From Macrostomum lignano (taxonomy: Eukaryota), in assembly GCA_002269645.1 (NCBI GenBank), contig NIVC01000019.1, forward strand, positions 310,001 through 374,000: 64,000 nt of DNA, written 5' to 3'. Each line of letters starts with the position of its first letter. Position 1 is the first letter of the stretch. The position numbers and the translations under genes were made by a program. The notes below the pieces were generated by a model. That model was not told where the DNA came from. It saw only the letters and a list, made by a program, of their open reading frames with translations, and made no database searches. Shown here piece by piece: positions 49,073-60,529 of the stretch.

Positions 49073-51426
49073 CAAGCTATAGAATGTATTGTTTATTTAT
49101 TAATAAAAACTGCTATTCTTCTATGTAGTATGTTTTAATAAAGTTATTTTTTACTTGACCCAAATATTAGAATATTAAAGCTAACAATAAGGTAAGCCTA
49201 ATCAAAGTCATAACAAAAGAATATATATAATGTATATATAGGCCTATATATACTAATGCTAAATATTATTTATTATAAAGCTTTTTGCCAAAAATATTTT
49301 ATTAGTAATCATAACATGATTTTTCATTGAAATATCTTTGCCAAAATGACCTTATCTCCTAAATACACATATAGCCTACTATAGGAGATATTTATCAATT
49401 AACATATAGGACCTAACCTAGTTAAATTTAGGTAGCTTTTATATATAGATAGCATACTACTTAGGACTTACCAATTGAATAAGGGATAGGACACTTGATG
49501 TCTTACCACTTTTCTTGTGTGATTAACTGCATAATACAATAAAAAACACATCTTTGATATTGTCCCTTGATGTGATAAAAAACAAAAACTCTTGTCTTGC
49601 TTGGTCTTTGCATTATGCAGTGAGTCACAAAGATTAAGTGAGCAACTTGTGTGATTAGGGCCTACAGTACAAATTAAGATTGATATGGGGCTAATATGGG
49701 CAGATTTTAAATTGTCATTTATTTTGGCATTATGTCTTCACTCTTCAAGTTCATCCCACCAGACCAGAGTCCAAGATCAGGGCATTGAGGAATAGGCCCA
49801 TTCTTAATAACAATGTCAATAATGATAAATGAAAATAGTCACGCCTATTCTAAATTAACAACAGTTCAGCCTGTTCAGTCAGTTTAGGCCTAATCACATT
49901 TTAATATAGTTTATTAGCTTAAAGACTTATCCATCGTCATGCCGACAATACTATTGAGTACAGTATATTGCAAGCATGCTGCTGTAAACTCTCTCACACG
50001 CACACGAAATATATCCATGACCTATAATTAATTATTATTACCAATAGCAATATAGACATAGGCTTAGTTAGAGTCCTGGTCCTGGGTTCAACTCTCTGAC
50101 GGTCATAAGGACGGGTAGGAGGGAGAAACAAAACTCGGAACGAGAGATGTGATGTCCACTCCATGTGTGTGGCCCGTGGCCTTATTATGTAGTCGTAAGT
50201 AAGTTGGCTCAGGCAAGAAGCCTGGTTGGCCAGTATAAGTCAATAGTTCAAGAGTAGAAGATATTTACGCATTATAACTAGGTACGAGCAATAATATAGT
50301 ATTTGAAAGAGTGCCTAAATTTTTTTCTACGAAGCTTTAAACGATCTTTAGCGACTAACGAAGCAAAAAGTATTTAAGTAAGGAATTAAAAAACAAGTAT
50401 AGTATAAACTTGATGTATAGCAATTCAATTGATCCCGTAGGTGACAAAAATAAGTATATAGGTATTAATCAGGCAATAAAAAATATCAAATGTAAGGATT
50501 GCAATTGCAGGCAATTATTAGGTAATAAGATGAGGGTTATTTTTTTATAGAGGAAGGAATTAACCAAAAATAGAGCGCTTAAAACAAAGTTTTAGGTAGG
50601 CATTAAGTGTTTGCGATTAGAGAAATTATGATATACAGATATTCGCGTAATGCGGGAGAAAATGCACCGGTACTTTTTAAACGAAGAGAAGCAGGAACTT
50701 AATTGCAGCTTAGAGTTGGCCAGTGACTTCTTTAGTCGCTTCAAATCGGTGCTCAATTTTCCGAAGTCCCAGTCAATTTAAACAAATTAGGAGTGCAATG
50801 GGGCTCTAGCTGCTGAGTTTCTCAGGCTGAGAGGGAGGGTAGCTGCAGTGGCCATGGCTGAGTGGTCAAAGATGATGCCGTTATACATCAGAATGCCGAG
50901 CAGCCAGGATTGCTGGGTTTTTAGATGCTATGGACAAGCTAGTTTTTGTCGAGTGGTTGATTTTTGAACTTATTACTTTTAGTAGGTCGTCTGCTGCCAC
51001 CACACTGCTGTAATTCACAGAGAAGAGCCTAGTTCAAGAGACTTAATTAGCTAGAATTAGCATGAGAACTCTTCTTATTTAACTTAGATCGCTATGGATC
51101 AAATAATGCAGTCCGAGGTTACATAAAGTGTAGGAACAACTATAATAGATTTAATAAACTGCTTGAAATTATGCACTTTCGTAGATAAGTTGAATCGGAA
51201 GCTAAGTTTATTATGAAGATAGGTTTAACGAAAAACTAACATAATTGCACGCAGTTATTTATAGTAGGGGCTGATCTGTTGGTATTCCACTTAAGTCGAA
51301 CGGTGTATAACGTTGCTGTATAACATAGTGTATGAGACATTGTATGTTAAAGACGCTGAGTCATACAACCTTTAGACTAAGGACCACTAGGAACACTTCG
51401 TTATAGTCCTTGCTTTAGACTCGCTC

Positions 51427-53750
51427 TGTCAGCTTGTACCCGCATTTCCCCGCTCCCCCATCAATGAAAAGCCGGAACATGCTATGGCCGCGGTAAGAAT
51501 TGAGGAGGGCCCAAGGGCAAGGAAATAAAACAGTATGCTTTAATTGTTCTCGAATGGGGAACAAATTAAGTTTTGCTTTTTGGAGACACCGCCAAGAAGA
51601 CCCTACCTCTCTTCCGAGTTCCAAGTCCTTTGTGCCCCAGCACAGCAGTAGAATAAATTGGCATCACAACAAGCTGGATAGAATCCAATAGTTTAGGGTG
51701 TCTAGATCTGACCAGTCAAAACCGACAGTGTCCGCAGAGTTCGAGCCAACCTGCGTCTTTGTGTGTCTCTGCAGCAGCCGCCTCCAAAATTGCTGAAAGG
51801 CCGAAAAGCTGCTATAGAAGACCACTTCGCCACTTGAGTCAATGTGGTCGCAGAGCGGTACCAATTTCGCCAACGGGCACAGCGACCTGGAGAATCGGTA
51901 GCCGACTACGTAGCTGCCCTGCAAGCTCTGTCCACACTGCGAGTTCGGCAGCTTCAATGACGAGATACAAGGGAGATCTCGGACAAGGGCGAGACCAGTT
52001 GGGTTGAGAAGGTGCACAGTGACAGGATCAGAGAACGGCTGCTCATCGAGAAAGAACTGGCGTTCGAAATCGCTGTGGAGCTGGCAAAGCAGCTGGAAAC
52101 TGGAATGCGAGAGGCCAGTTCACTGCGCACCACTGTGACGACCGGAAACTCCATCGGAGTTGGCCAGGTGATGTACCAGTCAGCTGCAAAATCTGAAGCC
52201 AAGAGCTACGCCAAGACAAAGCGACAGTCCATGCAAATAGCCAGTTCTTGTGGCAAATGTGGACAGTCCAGCCACGCACCAGGGGTCAAGTGTCCAGCGC
52301 AAGAACAGAAATTCCGAGGTTGTGGAAAGCTCATCCATTTCGAGCGAGTCTGCAGATCTACCGGCAAGGTTTGAGGTGTCCAAGACAAGGTCACCCTGTC
52401 GACCATCCAGTCTAACAAAGGCCTCAAGACCTTCTGTCAAGTGAAGCTTGCGGAAAAGCCCCTGAGACTGTTGTTGGATACTGGTTCAAAAGTCACCATC
52501 ATCTCGAAAGTAGCGTGCAAACGGCTCTTCAACGGAATTAAGCTGCAACCTTCGTCGAAGCGGCTGAAGGCCTTCAACGGCGGCGACATCTCCGTGATCG
52601 GCGAGATGCAGGTTCCCGTTGAGTACAATGAGTTTCGAGTTCAACGCTACGATTATGGTGGTGAAGCACGGCTCTGACATCATGGGCGACGATCTCACGG
52701 CGAAGCTGCATTTCGAGTGGTGAGCCAAGAGGGTGAGCCGGTGCGCAAGGAGGCCTCTGACGGCATGTCATCGAGGAGGTGCACGCATCGGAGTGGGTGT
52801 CGAACCTGGTGGTGGTTCCCAAGCTGAACGGCAAACTGAATCTGCAACGATCGCAGAAACCCGAACAAGGCTATCGTGCTCGACAAACACCCACTGCCGA
52901 CATTCGAGCAGCTGCCTGCGAAGTTTCTTTACGTTTAAGAATCTTTACGATCGCTTGATCTGAATTCATCCTACCTACAGTTGGAGCTGGCTGAAGACTC
53001 GAGCAATCTGACAACGTTTATCACCGACGAAGACCTATTCAGGTACACATAAGTCTGCTTCGGGATGAATAGTGCGCCGATTGCATTTCAAAAAGTTCTA
53101 TCGAAGGTGCTGGAGAAGATCACTATATCGATGACATCGTGGTCCACTCAAAGACTAGAGGTGAGCACGAGAAGGCTGTCCTGGCAGTCCTTGAGCGTCT
53201 CAAGAAGCACAACATCACACTGAAACTAGAGAAATTCCAATGGGCCAGAGTACCTTGGCTACTATGTTTTCATTAGTGAGGACCTCAGCCATCACAAACA
53301 TCAAGAGTCCAAAGTGCAGAAGGAATTCGCCTCGTTTCTCGGAATGGTGAAGTTTCATGGCTACTTCTTGGACAACCTGTCGACTGTGGCGGAGCCTTTG
53401 CTGCAGCTACTGCGGAAGGACGCGCGGTGGCAATGGACGACGAAGCAGCAGCAAGCATATGAGGCTCTGAAGTCGATGATCGTATCGCCCCCATACTTGA
53501 AGTTCGTCAACACCAACTGTGCACTTGTGACTGTACAATTGCATGTGCACCGCACGATCGTCGCCTGTGACAGCTCAGCTGCTGCAATTGGCGCAGTCCT
53601 CGCCCAACAAGACTAGCAAGGCAACTGCCGCCCTGTTGCCTTCGCTTCAAGAACGCTGACGTGGCAGAACGCAATGCAAGTATTCTGCTTCCGAGCGCAA
53701 AGCTCTGGTGGGCATTGTCGCGTGCGAACGATGAAATTTCTTGAGGTAAG
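51427..53750 (+). mobile_element. Ty3/Gypsy element A, heavily decayed (5' LTR, PBS, gag-PR-RT-RNase H remnants)
   Basis: LTR-like 51427-~51655 (related copy at 57523-57903), decayed PBS tggcatcacaac. Gag RIRERLLIEKEL..., zinc-knuckle region CGKCG..H....CPA, protease LLDTGS, RT YIDDI (53124-53138), RNase H ACDSSAAAIGAVL. Many stops and frameshifts. Confidence 0.9.
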
Positions 53751-56700
53751 TGTGAGCCATTGATTTGCTATAGAGCGCCCACCCCATTTTTCCGGCTCCG
53801 TACGTCAGCCGGCTTTCTCTCTCTAACTCTCGCCCCCTTATCTGTACTCGTAGTAAGCAAAGTGTACATTTACGACCACCACCCCACGCAATGAGGTAGC
53901 CGACTAAATATTAAATAAATAGCATCGTCTCGCCCACTGTGGCTTTCGTACTTCTTCGTGCAACTGCCAAATCATGCATTGAACTCTTACATGGCGTCGC
54001 AAGCCATAGCACTATCGCCACCTGGCACCTTCGATGCAGAAGGTGAGCCGCATACCATCGCACAAAAGTGAAAAAATTGGACTCGGCGCTTTGAGAGCTA
54101 CCTTGTCGCGGCCGGCATCAAAGATGAAAATCAAGCTCAAGAAATCCTACTCTACTCAGCCGGCGAATTCATCCACTCGCTCGTCGAAGACAACAGCATC
54201 GCACGAGGCGAATCAGCCAAGAAACTAGCAGAAAACATCCAGAGCCACCTGGACAAGAAAATCAACATCGTCTTCCTACGATACATGTTTGAGACCTGCC
54301 ATGGAGACCATGGAAACTGGCGGAGCCATGCAAGTTCGGCGACTTGAGCAACTCGCTAATCCGGGACAAGATTGTGGCGTACTTCCGGTCTGAGAAAATG
54401 CGGCGCAATCTGCTCCAGTCTGGCGACATCAGCCTGGCTGACACGCTGACCAAGATCCGCGCCAGAGAAACAGCGGAGCGACAGGCGCAAGCAATGGAGC
54501 TCGGCAGCCGACCGGTGCCGGAGGACGTGGTAGCAGTGAGCAGCAGCGGCCGCGGCTCGAGAGCGGCAGACGGAAAGTCGCAGGTCACCTGCAACCGGTG
54601 CGGCAGACAAGGGCATGCTGAATGCGACACCGCCCGGGGCAAGTCCTGCAGGAAATGCGGCAAAATCGGACATTTCGCCCGGTAAGGTCCAGTAAGGCCG
54701 GCCAGCTCAACGCCATCCCGAGCGAGCAGGAGAACGTGACCTACCTGCTGGACAAAGACTCCGCTCCAGTCCAGGAGGGAATCTTCCACGTGGCCAGTGA
54801 TCCGGAGTCAGCGAGAGTGACCGCTCAAATCGGCGGCACCTCCATGGACATCCTTATCGACAGCGGGGCCGGTTGCAACATCATGGACGTCAGCAGTTTC
54901 AATGGCCTGCCACACCGACCCCCACTGCAGCCAGCCAGCAGCCAGCTGTTTGCCTACGGAAGCTCGCACCCACTGAAGCTGGTCGGCAAGGTGACTCTGC
55001 CTGTAAATGTTTTTGGTGTCTCCAGAGACGCGCCCTTTTTATATTCGACGGCAGGGGCGCGACGGTCCTCGGCAGAAAATCTGCAATCGAAATGGAGATC
55101 CTCCGTATCGGCCCGCCCAGCAGTCAGCCGACACCCGAGGTTCTCGCCGTCCACCGATCAGAGGGCCTCATCGACCAACTGCTCAAAGGAAATCGACTAG
55201 CGGACGAAGGCCTCCCAGAGCAACTGCAGCTGAGCCACATCCTCACCAAGCACGCTCAGGTGTTCAGTGGCATCGGATGCGTCAAGAACTACACGGCAAC
55301 GATCCACCTGACGGAGGACGCCAGGCCGGTCTGCCACGCGCCCTCAAGGGTTCCTGTCCACCTGGCCGCAGCGGTCGACAAGGAGCTCAAGCTGCTCGAG
55401 GACCTAGACATCATCGAGCCTGTCAACGGCCCGGCACCCTGGGTGGCTCGGATGGTCGTGGTGCCAAAGGCGCAGACCGGCAAAGCTCGAATCACCCAGG
55501 ACCTCCGAGATGTCAACAGGTTTGTCATCAGGGAGCGACATCAAATCCCAACTTTCGAGGAGGTGACTGGGTGCATGGCAGGCGCCAAAGTCTTCTCGGA
55601 GCTGGATATTGCCAAGGCTTTCTACCAGATCCTTGTGGCGGAAAGCTGCAGGAACCTGCTGACCTTCTCGACACCACGGGGGCTGCGACGGCTCAAGCGG
55701 TTGTGCATGGGCCTCTCCACGGCTCAGGAAATCCTCCAAGTCGTCATGTCAGGCATCCTGGCTGGACTCGACAAGGTCAAAGTGGATTCATAACGACATC
55801 GTTGTTTTCGGGAACTCCTTGGAGGAGCACAACAGGAATCTGGCAGCATGCCTCGCCCGCCTCCAGCAGCACGGTGTCACGCTCAATCACGGAAAGTGCA
55901 AGCTGGCCAGAGACAAGATCACATTCATGGGCATGCAGCTCTCGGCCAGTGGAGTGCAGCCCACCGAAGACAAGATCGAGACAGTCAAGGCATTCAAGGC
56001 TCCAGAGACCGCCAGCCAGGTGAGGTCATTTCTAGGCCTTGTCAACTACCTGGCTGTGTTCACACCGCAGCTGTCAAAAATCGCTGAGCCACTGCGGCGC
56101 CTGACGAAGAAAGGCGCGGTCTGGAGATGGAGCGAAGCTGAAGACGCCGCTTTCAAGCAGCTGAAACAGCAGATCACGGAAGCCGGTGCCCTTAGCTTCT
56201 TCGACCAGAGACTGCGAACCGAGCTCATAGTCGACGCCGGTCCGAGGGGACTCGGAGCCATCTTGGCGCAGCGGCGAGAAGATGGCACTTCAAGACCAGT
56301 GGCCTATGCCAGCCGGTCGCTCTCCGATGTAGAGTCCAGATACTCCCAGACCGAAAAGGAGGCGCTGGCAGTGAAATTCGGATGTCTCCGATTCCAATAC
56401 TACCTGCACGGCGCACCTCGATTCGATGTGATCACGGACCACAGGCCGTTGGTCAACATGCTGGCGCCAGGGTCGAGGCCGCCTCCTAGAGTCGAGCGAA
56501 TGGCTCTGCAGATTCAGCACATGAACTTCAAGGTGGTGTACCGCCCAGGGCCCCAGAATGCGGCAGACATCCTCAGCCGACAACCGCTAGCGACATCCGG
56601 GCACAACAAAGATGCACAGCAGAACTCCGCCAGCATCGGCGCGGTACTGCAGGCCGCGGTGCCGAGAGCGCTCACGGTAGAGGACATCAGGCGGCACTCG

Positions 56701-57522
56701 CAGGCTGACCCGCTGATCAAAGCCGCAATCGCCGCCATCCAGGGAGCCAGGTGGGACCTCGGCCACCCGGAGCTGAGGTCATTGCATGCACTACGAGACG
56801 AGCTTGCTGAGGAGGACGGAGTGCTGCTTCGGCGGGACAGGATTGTGGTGCCAAGCAGCCTCCGGGAGACAATGTTGCGCCTCGCACATGCCGGACACCT
56901 GGGACTGCGGAAGACACTGACCAGGCTGAGCAGCAAAGTCTGGTGGCCAAAGATGAGCGCAGATGCGGACAAGGCCGTCAGCAGTTGCCGCAGCTGCATC
57001 ATAACATCACATAAGCCGACAGTCAGCGCGACGCCACTGCAGCCGTCCAGCATCCCCAAGGGCGCCTGGCTGTCGATTGGCGCCGACTTCCTCGGTCCGG
57101 TGCAGAACAAGATGCTGCTCGTCTGCGTGGATCACTACTCCCGGTATCCCGAGGTGCAGGTCATGCAGTCTACTACAGCGGAGGCAGTCATCCCGAAGCT
57201 GCGGGAATCATTCTGCAGGTTCGGCATCCCAGAGGAGCTCGTTACGGACAATGGGCCTCCATTCTCGTCGGCGCAGTTCAAGGACTTTCTCAGGAGCTTC
57301 GGAATTCGACACCGGGCCATCACTCCGCTTTACCCTGCGGCCAACGGCATGACCGAGCGCCTGAATAGATCGATCAACAAGGTCGTCCGCGCTGCAATCG
57401 CGGAGAGCAGGGACTGGCGCGAGGCTCTGGACGAGTGGATTCTGGCGTACCGGACGGCGCCACACGCCACAACCGGACGCGCACCCGCGGAGCTGCTGAT
57501 GGGCCATCTTGTTGGACGGCAT
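53751..57522 (+). mobile_element. Ty3/Gypsy element B nested in A (5' LTR, PBS, gag, pol to integrase; 3' LTR missing)
   Basis: LTR tgtgag...ttaca at 53751-53991, PBS TGGCGTCGC. Gag MASQ...K*KNWTRRFESY (TGA at 54069), CCHC motifs, protease LIDSGA, RT with a frameshift and HNDI in place of YxDD, RNase H VDAGPRGLGAIL, integrase HHCC plus D(FLGP)-D(NG)-E(R). Confidence 0.95.
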
Positions 57523-57903
57523 GTCACAGCACTAGGATGCGCATGCGGCGACGTCGGCTGGATTCGCCAGTGTTCGCCAGTACGATGCACGGGCAAATCA
57601 CGGCCAGAGCACCGACCCATCCAATCAATGAAAAGCCGCGGAACCTGCTATGTCCGGTGAGAATTGAGGAGGGCCCAAGAGCAGGAAATGAAACAGTATA
57701 TTACATGTATGCTTTGTTCCCGAATGGGAACAATTGTGTTGTTTTTTGGAGACAACACAAAGCTAAACAAGTTAATGCAAGAAACTAAGACATTGTCATT
57801 ATTTAAATTGAAATTGTTTATTAAGAAGAAAGACACAGCTAAGAAGACCTGCCTCTCTTCCGAGTTCCGAGTCCTAAATTCGTGCCCGAGCACAGCTAGA
57901 ACA
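57523..57903 (+). mobile_element. LTR related to the 5' LTR of Gypsy element A
   Basis: Starts tgtca; shares atcaatgaaaagcc..tgctatg..gaattgaggagggcccaag..cctctcttccgagttcc..gcacagc with 51427-51655; carries a ~70-bp insertion. Confidence 0.65.
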
Positions 57904-58039
57904 GCATGCATGTACACACAATGCGCTGGCGGAGCTGGACAACAATAGAGAGCAAAAACATCCACATAAAAATGCTCCTGATGAGATCGGTAGTCATGAC
58001 AAATCCTCCTAGTATGTGAGTTTTCTGTGCATTCAAGGT

Positions 58040-58330
58040 AGTAGTACATGTACCTTAAAAATAGCAACTCTGCTGATTGCCGACAATATATTTCAAGTTA
58101 TTAGTTTCGGTGCACGCCTCTGAGGACCTGGCATATCTCATTACAGGGAAAACGAAAGAACGTCAACACCTGAAGGAGCATTGGCTAAAAGATCAGCCAT
58201 CAAAGAACACCTGCTCACGTGTGATTTATTTTGCAACAGCAACCCTCTTGACTTGTTTAAGAATATTGATCGCTGCCGTAATTCAGAAAACCGCGTCTGC
58301 CAGGAATCACGGCATTACCTAAGTTAAGTC
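58040..58330 (+). mobile_element. Penelope-like element GIY-YIG endonuclease remnant
   Basis: Frameshifted Y*FRCT...(Y)GKT...EH...SAIKEHLLTC...FKNIDRCRNS resembles PLE endonuclease motifs. Confidence 0.5.
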
Positions 58331-60529
58331 TTACCACTTGCGTAATATAACAAAATCAGCAAGCATAATATAACCGAAAGGATAGGGCCTAAATACTTTT
58401 TAGGCATCGAAAAATATTTTGTAAAACTAAGATCTGGCACGTCTTGTGAACTTAAGGAAACTTATTTGTGTAGCTCTTAAATTTAACTTAAGTTAAATAA
58501 TCAACTTAAGTTGATAAATAATCGGTTTTCCAATAATCACGGCCGTCGTCACCGTTCAAGCGCTTTTGGTCATCTTCATTTCACTAGCATCAGCACACCA
58601 TGCCATATGGTACATGACTGTCTTGGACATTGTTTTAGGCAAGAAATTTTCATAAAAGAGTATCTTCAAGCGTATGAGAAGCTCTTCTTGCTAACTAGGC
58701 TTGTGAATTAAAATTAATTTCATTGCTTTATGGCTTATTATGCTAAATGTTACGCCTATATTTTATTACTCGTGTTTATTTCAAGCGAAGCCCCCCCCCT
58801 ACTCTTGAGTCACTTGGAATTTATTGCATTGTAAATAAAATAGGAAATTCTTATTAGTTGGAATCAAAAGTTGTTTTTTTACAACGGACAACTTATTTTT
58901 GCACTCTTTAGTCCTAGGCCCCTAGCGAAATTTGTCCATAGGCCTAGTAAATCTCTGTTGCCAATTTGTTTGTCAGCAAAGTGGTCAGCCAGCAAGCACC
59001 CCCTTTTATTAAGTTTACATTAACCACCATAGGCATAGATATCAAACTGACTAGAATCTAGATATATCAACTTGCAAAAAAATGCTTTGGCCTTACACTC
59101 CATTTCAGCATTTGAGGTGTGCCATGATGCTCACACAGATGTTCAATTGAAAAGATATTTTTGGTATAAGGCCTATCTAGTCCTAGCTAGGCTCTAGTCT
59201 TTTTTAATAGGAAATTTTTTCATAGGCCTAATAATAAAACCAAGAAACCTAAATCTACTGCATATGATAGGCCCTATGTGTAGGCCTAGGCCTAACCAAG
59301 ATAAAAAAATAGTTTTGTTAGTGTTACATTAATATGATAAATATACTTTCTTTTATGCCTACTTAATATTTCTTAATGTTAGGCCTTATCTCTTTCCTTA
59401 GCTTGCCTAATCTTTATTGTAGACCTAATATGAATTTAGCTAAATTTAATGATAATCTATCTTGCAAATTTGAAGAAAAAAACAATTAGGGGCAATTTCT
59501 TAGTTTCTTGCATTAAATAATTTTGATATAAAATTTTTAACCAACTAAGTTCACTGAGCTATACTTTAGTCAAGATGTGTGCAAGTCTTTAAACTATGTG
59601 GAAGTCCTAAAAATAGTAGTAAATGGTATATCTTTATTCTTTAGGTCACCTAGTATAAAAGAAGGAAGCTACAAAAGTATTTTTCTAGGTAAAATTAGTA
59701 TAATAAGCTCAACTTATAAAATAATTAAGATAATAATTGAAAAAGTTATAATTAGTACCATGGCCCATGCTGGCTATAGAACTTTGTCTTCATATGCACC
59801 TAAATGCTATTGATAATGTTTTGTATGCACAATGATAGGTTATTCAAATAAAAAATGCAGATAACATAATATAATAGCTGCAAATTGGTAAGAAATAAAT
59901 ATATAATTATAGTGCAAGGTAATCTAAGCCATGATTTATATTAAAAATGAAGAAAAATGGCTAAACAAGTTAATGCAAGATATTGTCATTATTTAAATTG
60001 AAATTGTTTATTAAGAAGAAAGATCATTGTTTGACTTGTTAAATGGTTTGATCATATTTAATTGCAAAATATAATAGATTAATACATTAGTAATAGAAAT
60101 TAATTATGTATATCTTTTTCAATTTAACTAGTTTTGTAGAAACAAGATAAATATTCTGTATTTAATCTTTGTTAATATAATGAGAGTATCTAGTATAGTC
60201 TCATTAAAGCCAAATAACTCTGACATAGAAATAGACTTTGAGATGATGGCAACTCTCCAATTTATAGAATCTGATTTTTATAATTGATTTAGAAATGAAA
60301 TTTCAGCTTTAAATGTGGAAACAAATTTTATACCTGTAATTTCTGTATTCCATTATCATTTCTATAATCTGTATATTAGTCACTACTTTCAATTTTTTTC
60401 ATTGCAGTTCCACAATTTCTGGTCTAAAATCTGCTGCAACAAAAATCCAGAAAAAAACTTGAGTTCAGCTTGGCAGCTGTGCTAACCAAAGCCGCCAATG
60501 CTTTGTGTGCGGGCCAGCCACCGCTGCCA

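Noticed and set aside
50080-50260. Possible third SINE (B-box-like gggttcaactc)
   Set aside because: No clear A box or tail and no second copy in the window; too weak to call.
54069-54071. In-frame TGA in Gypsy gag as programmed readthrough or selenocysteine
   Set aside because: It falls at a conserved gag Trp (TGG>TGA) in an element with other frameshifts. Simple decay.
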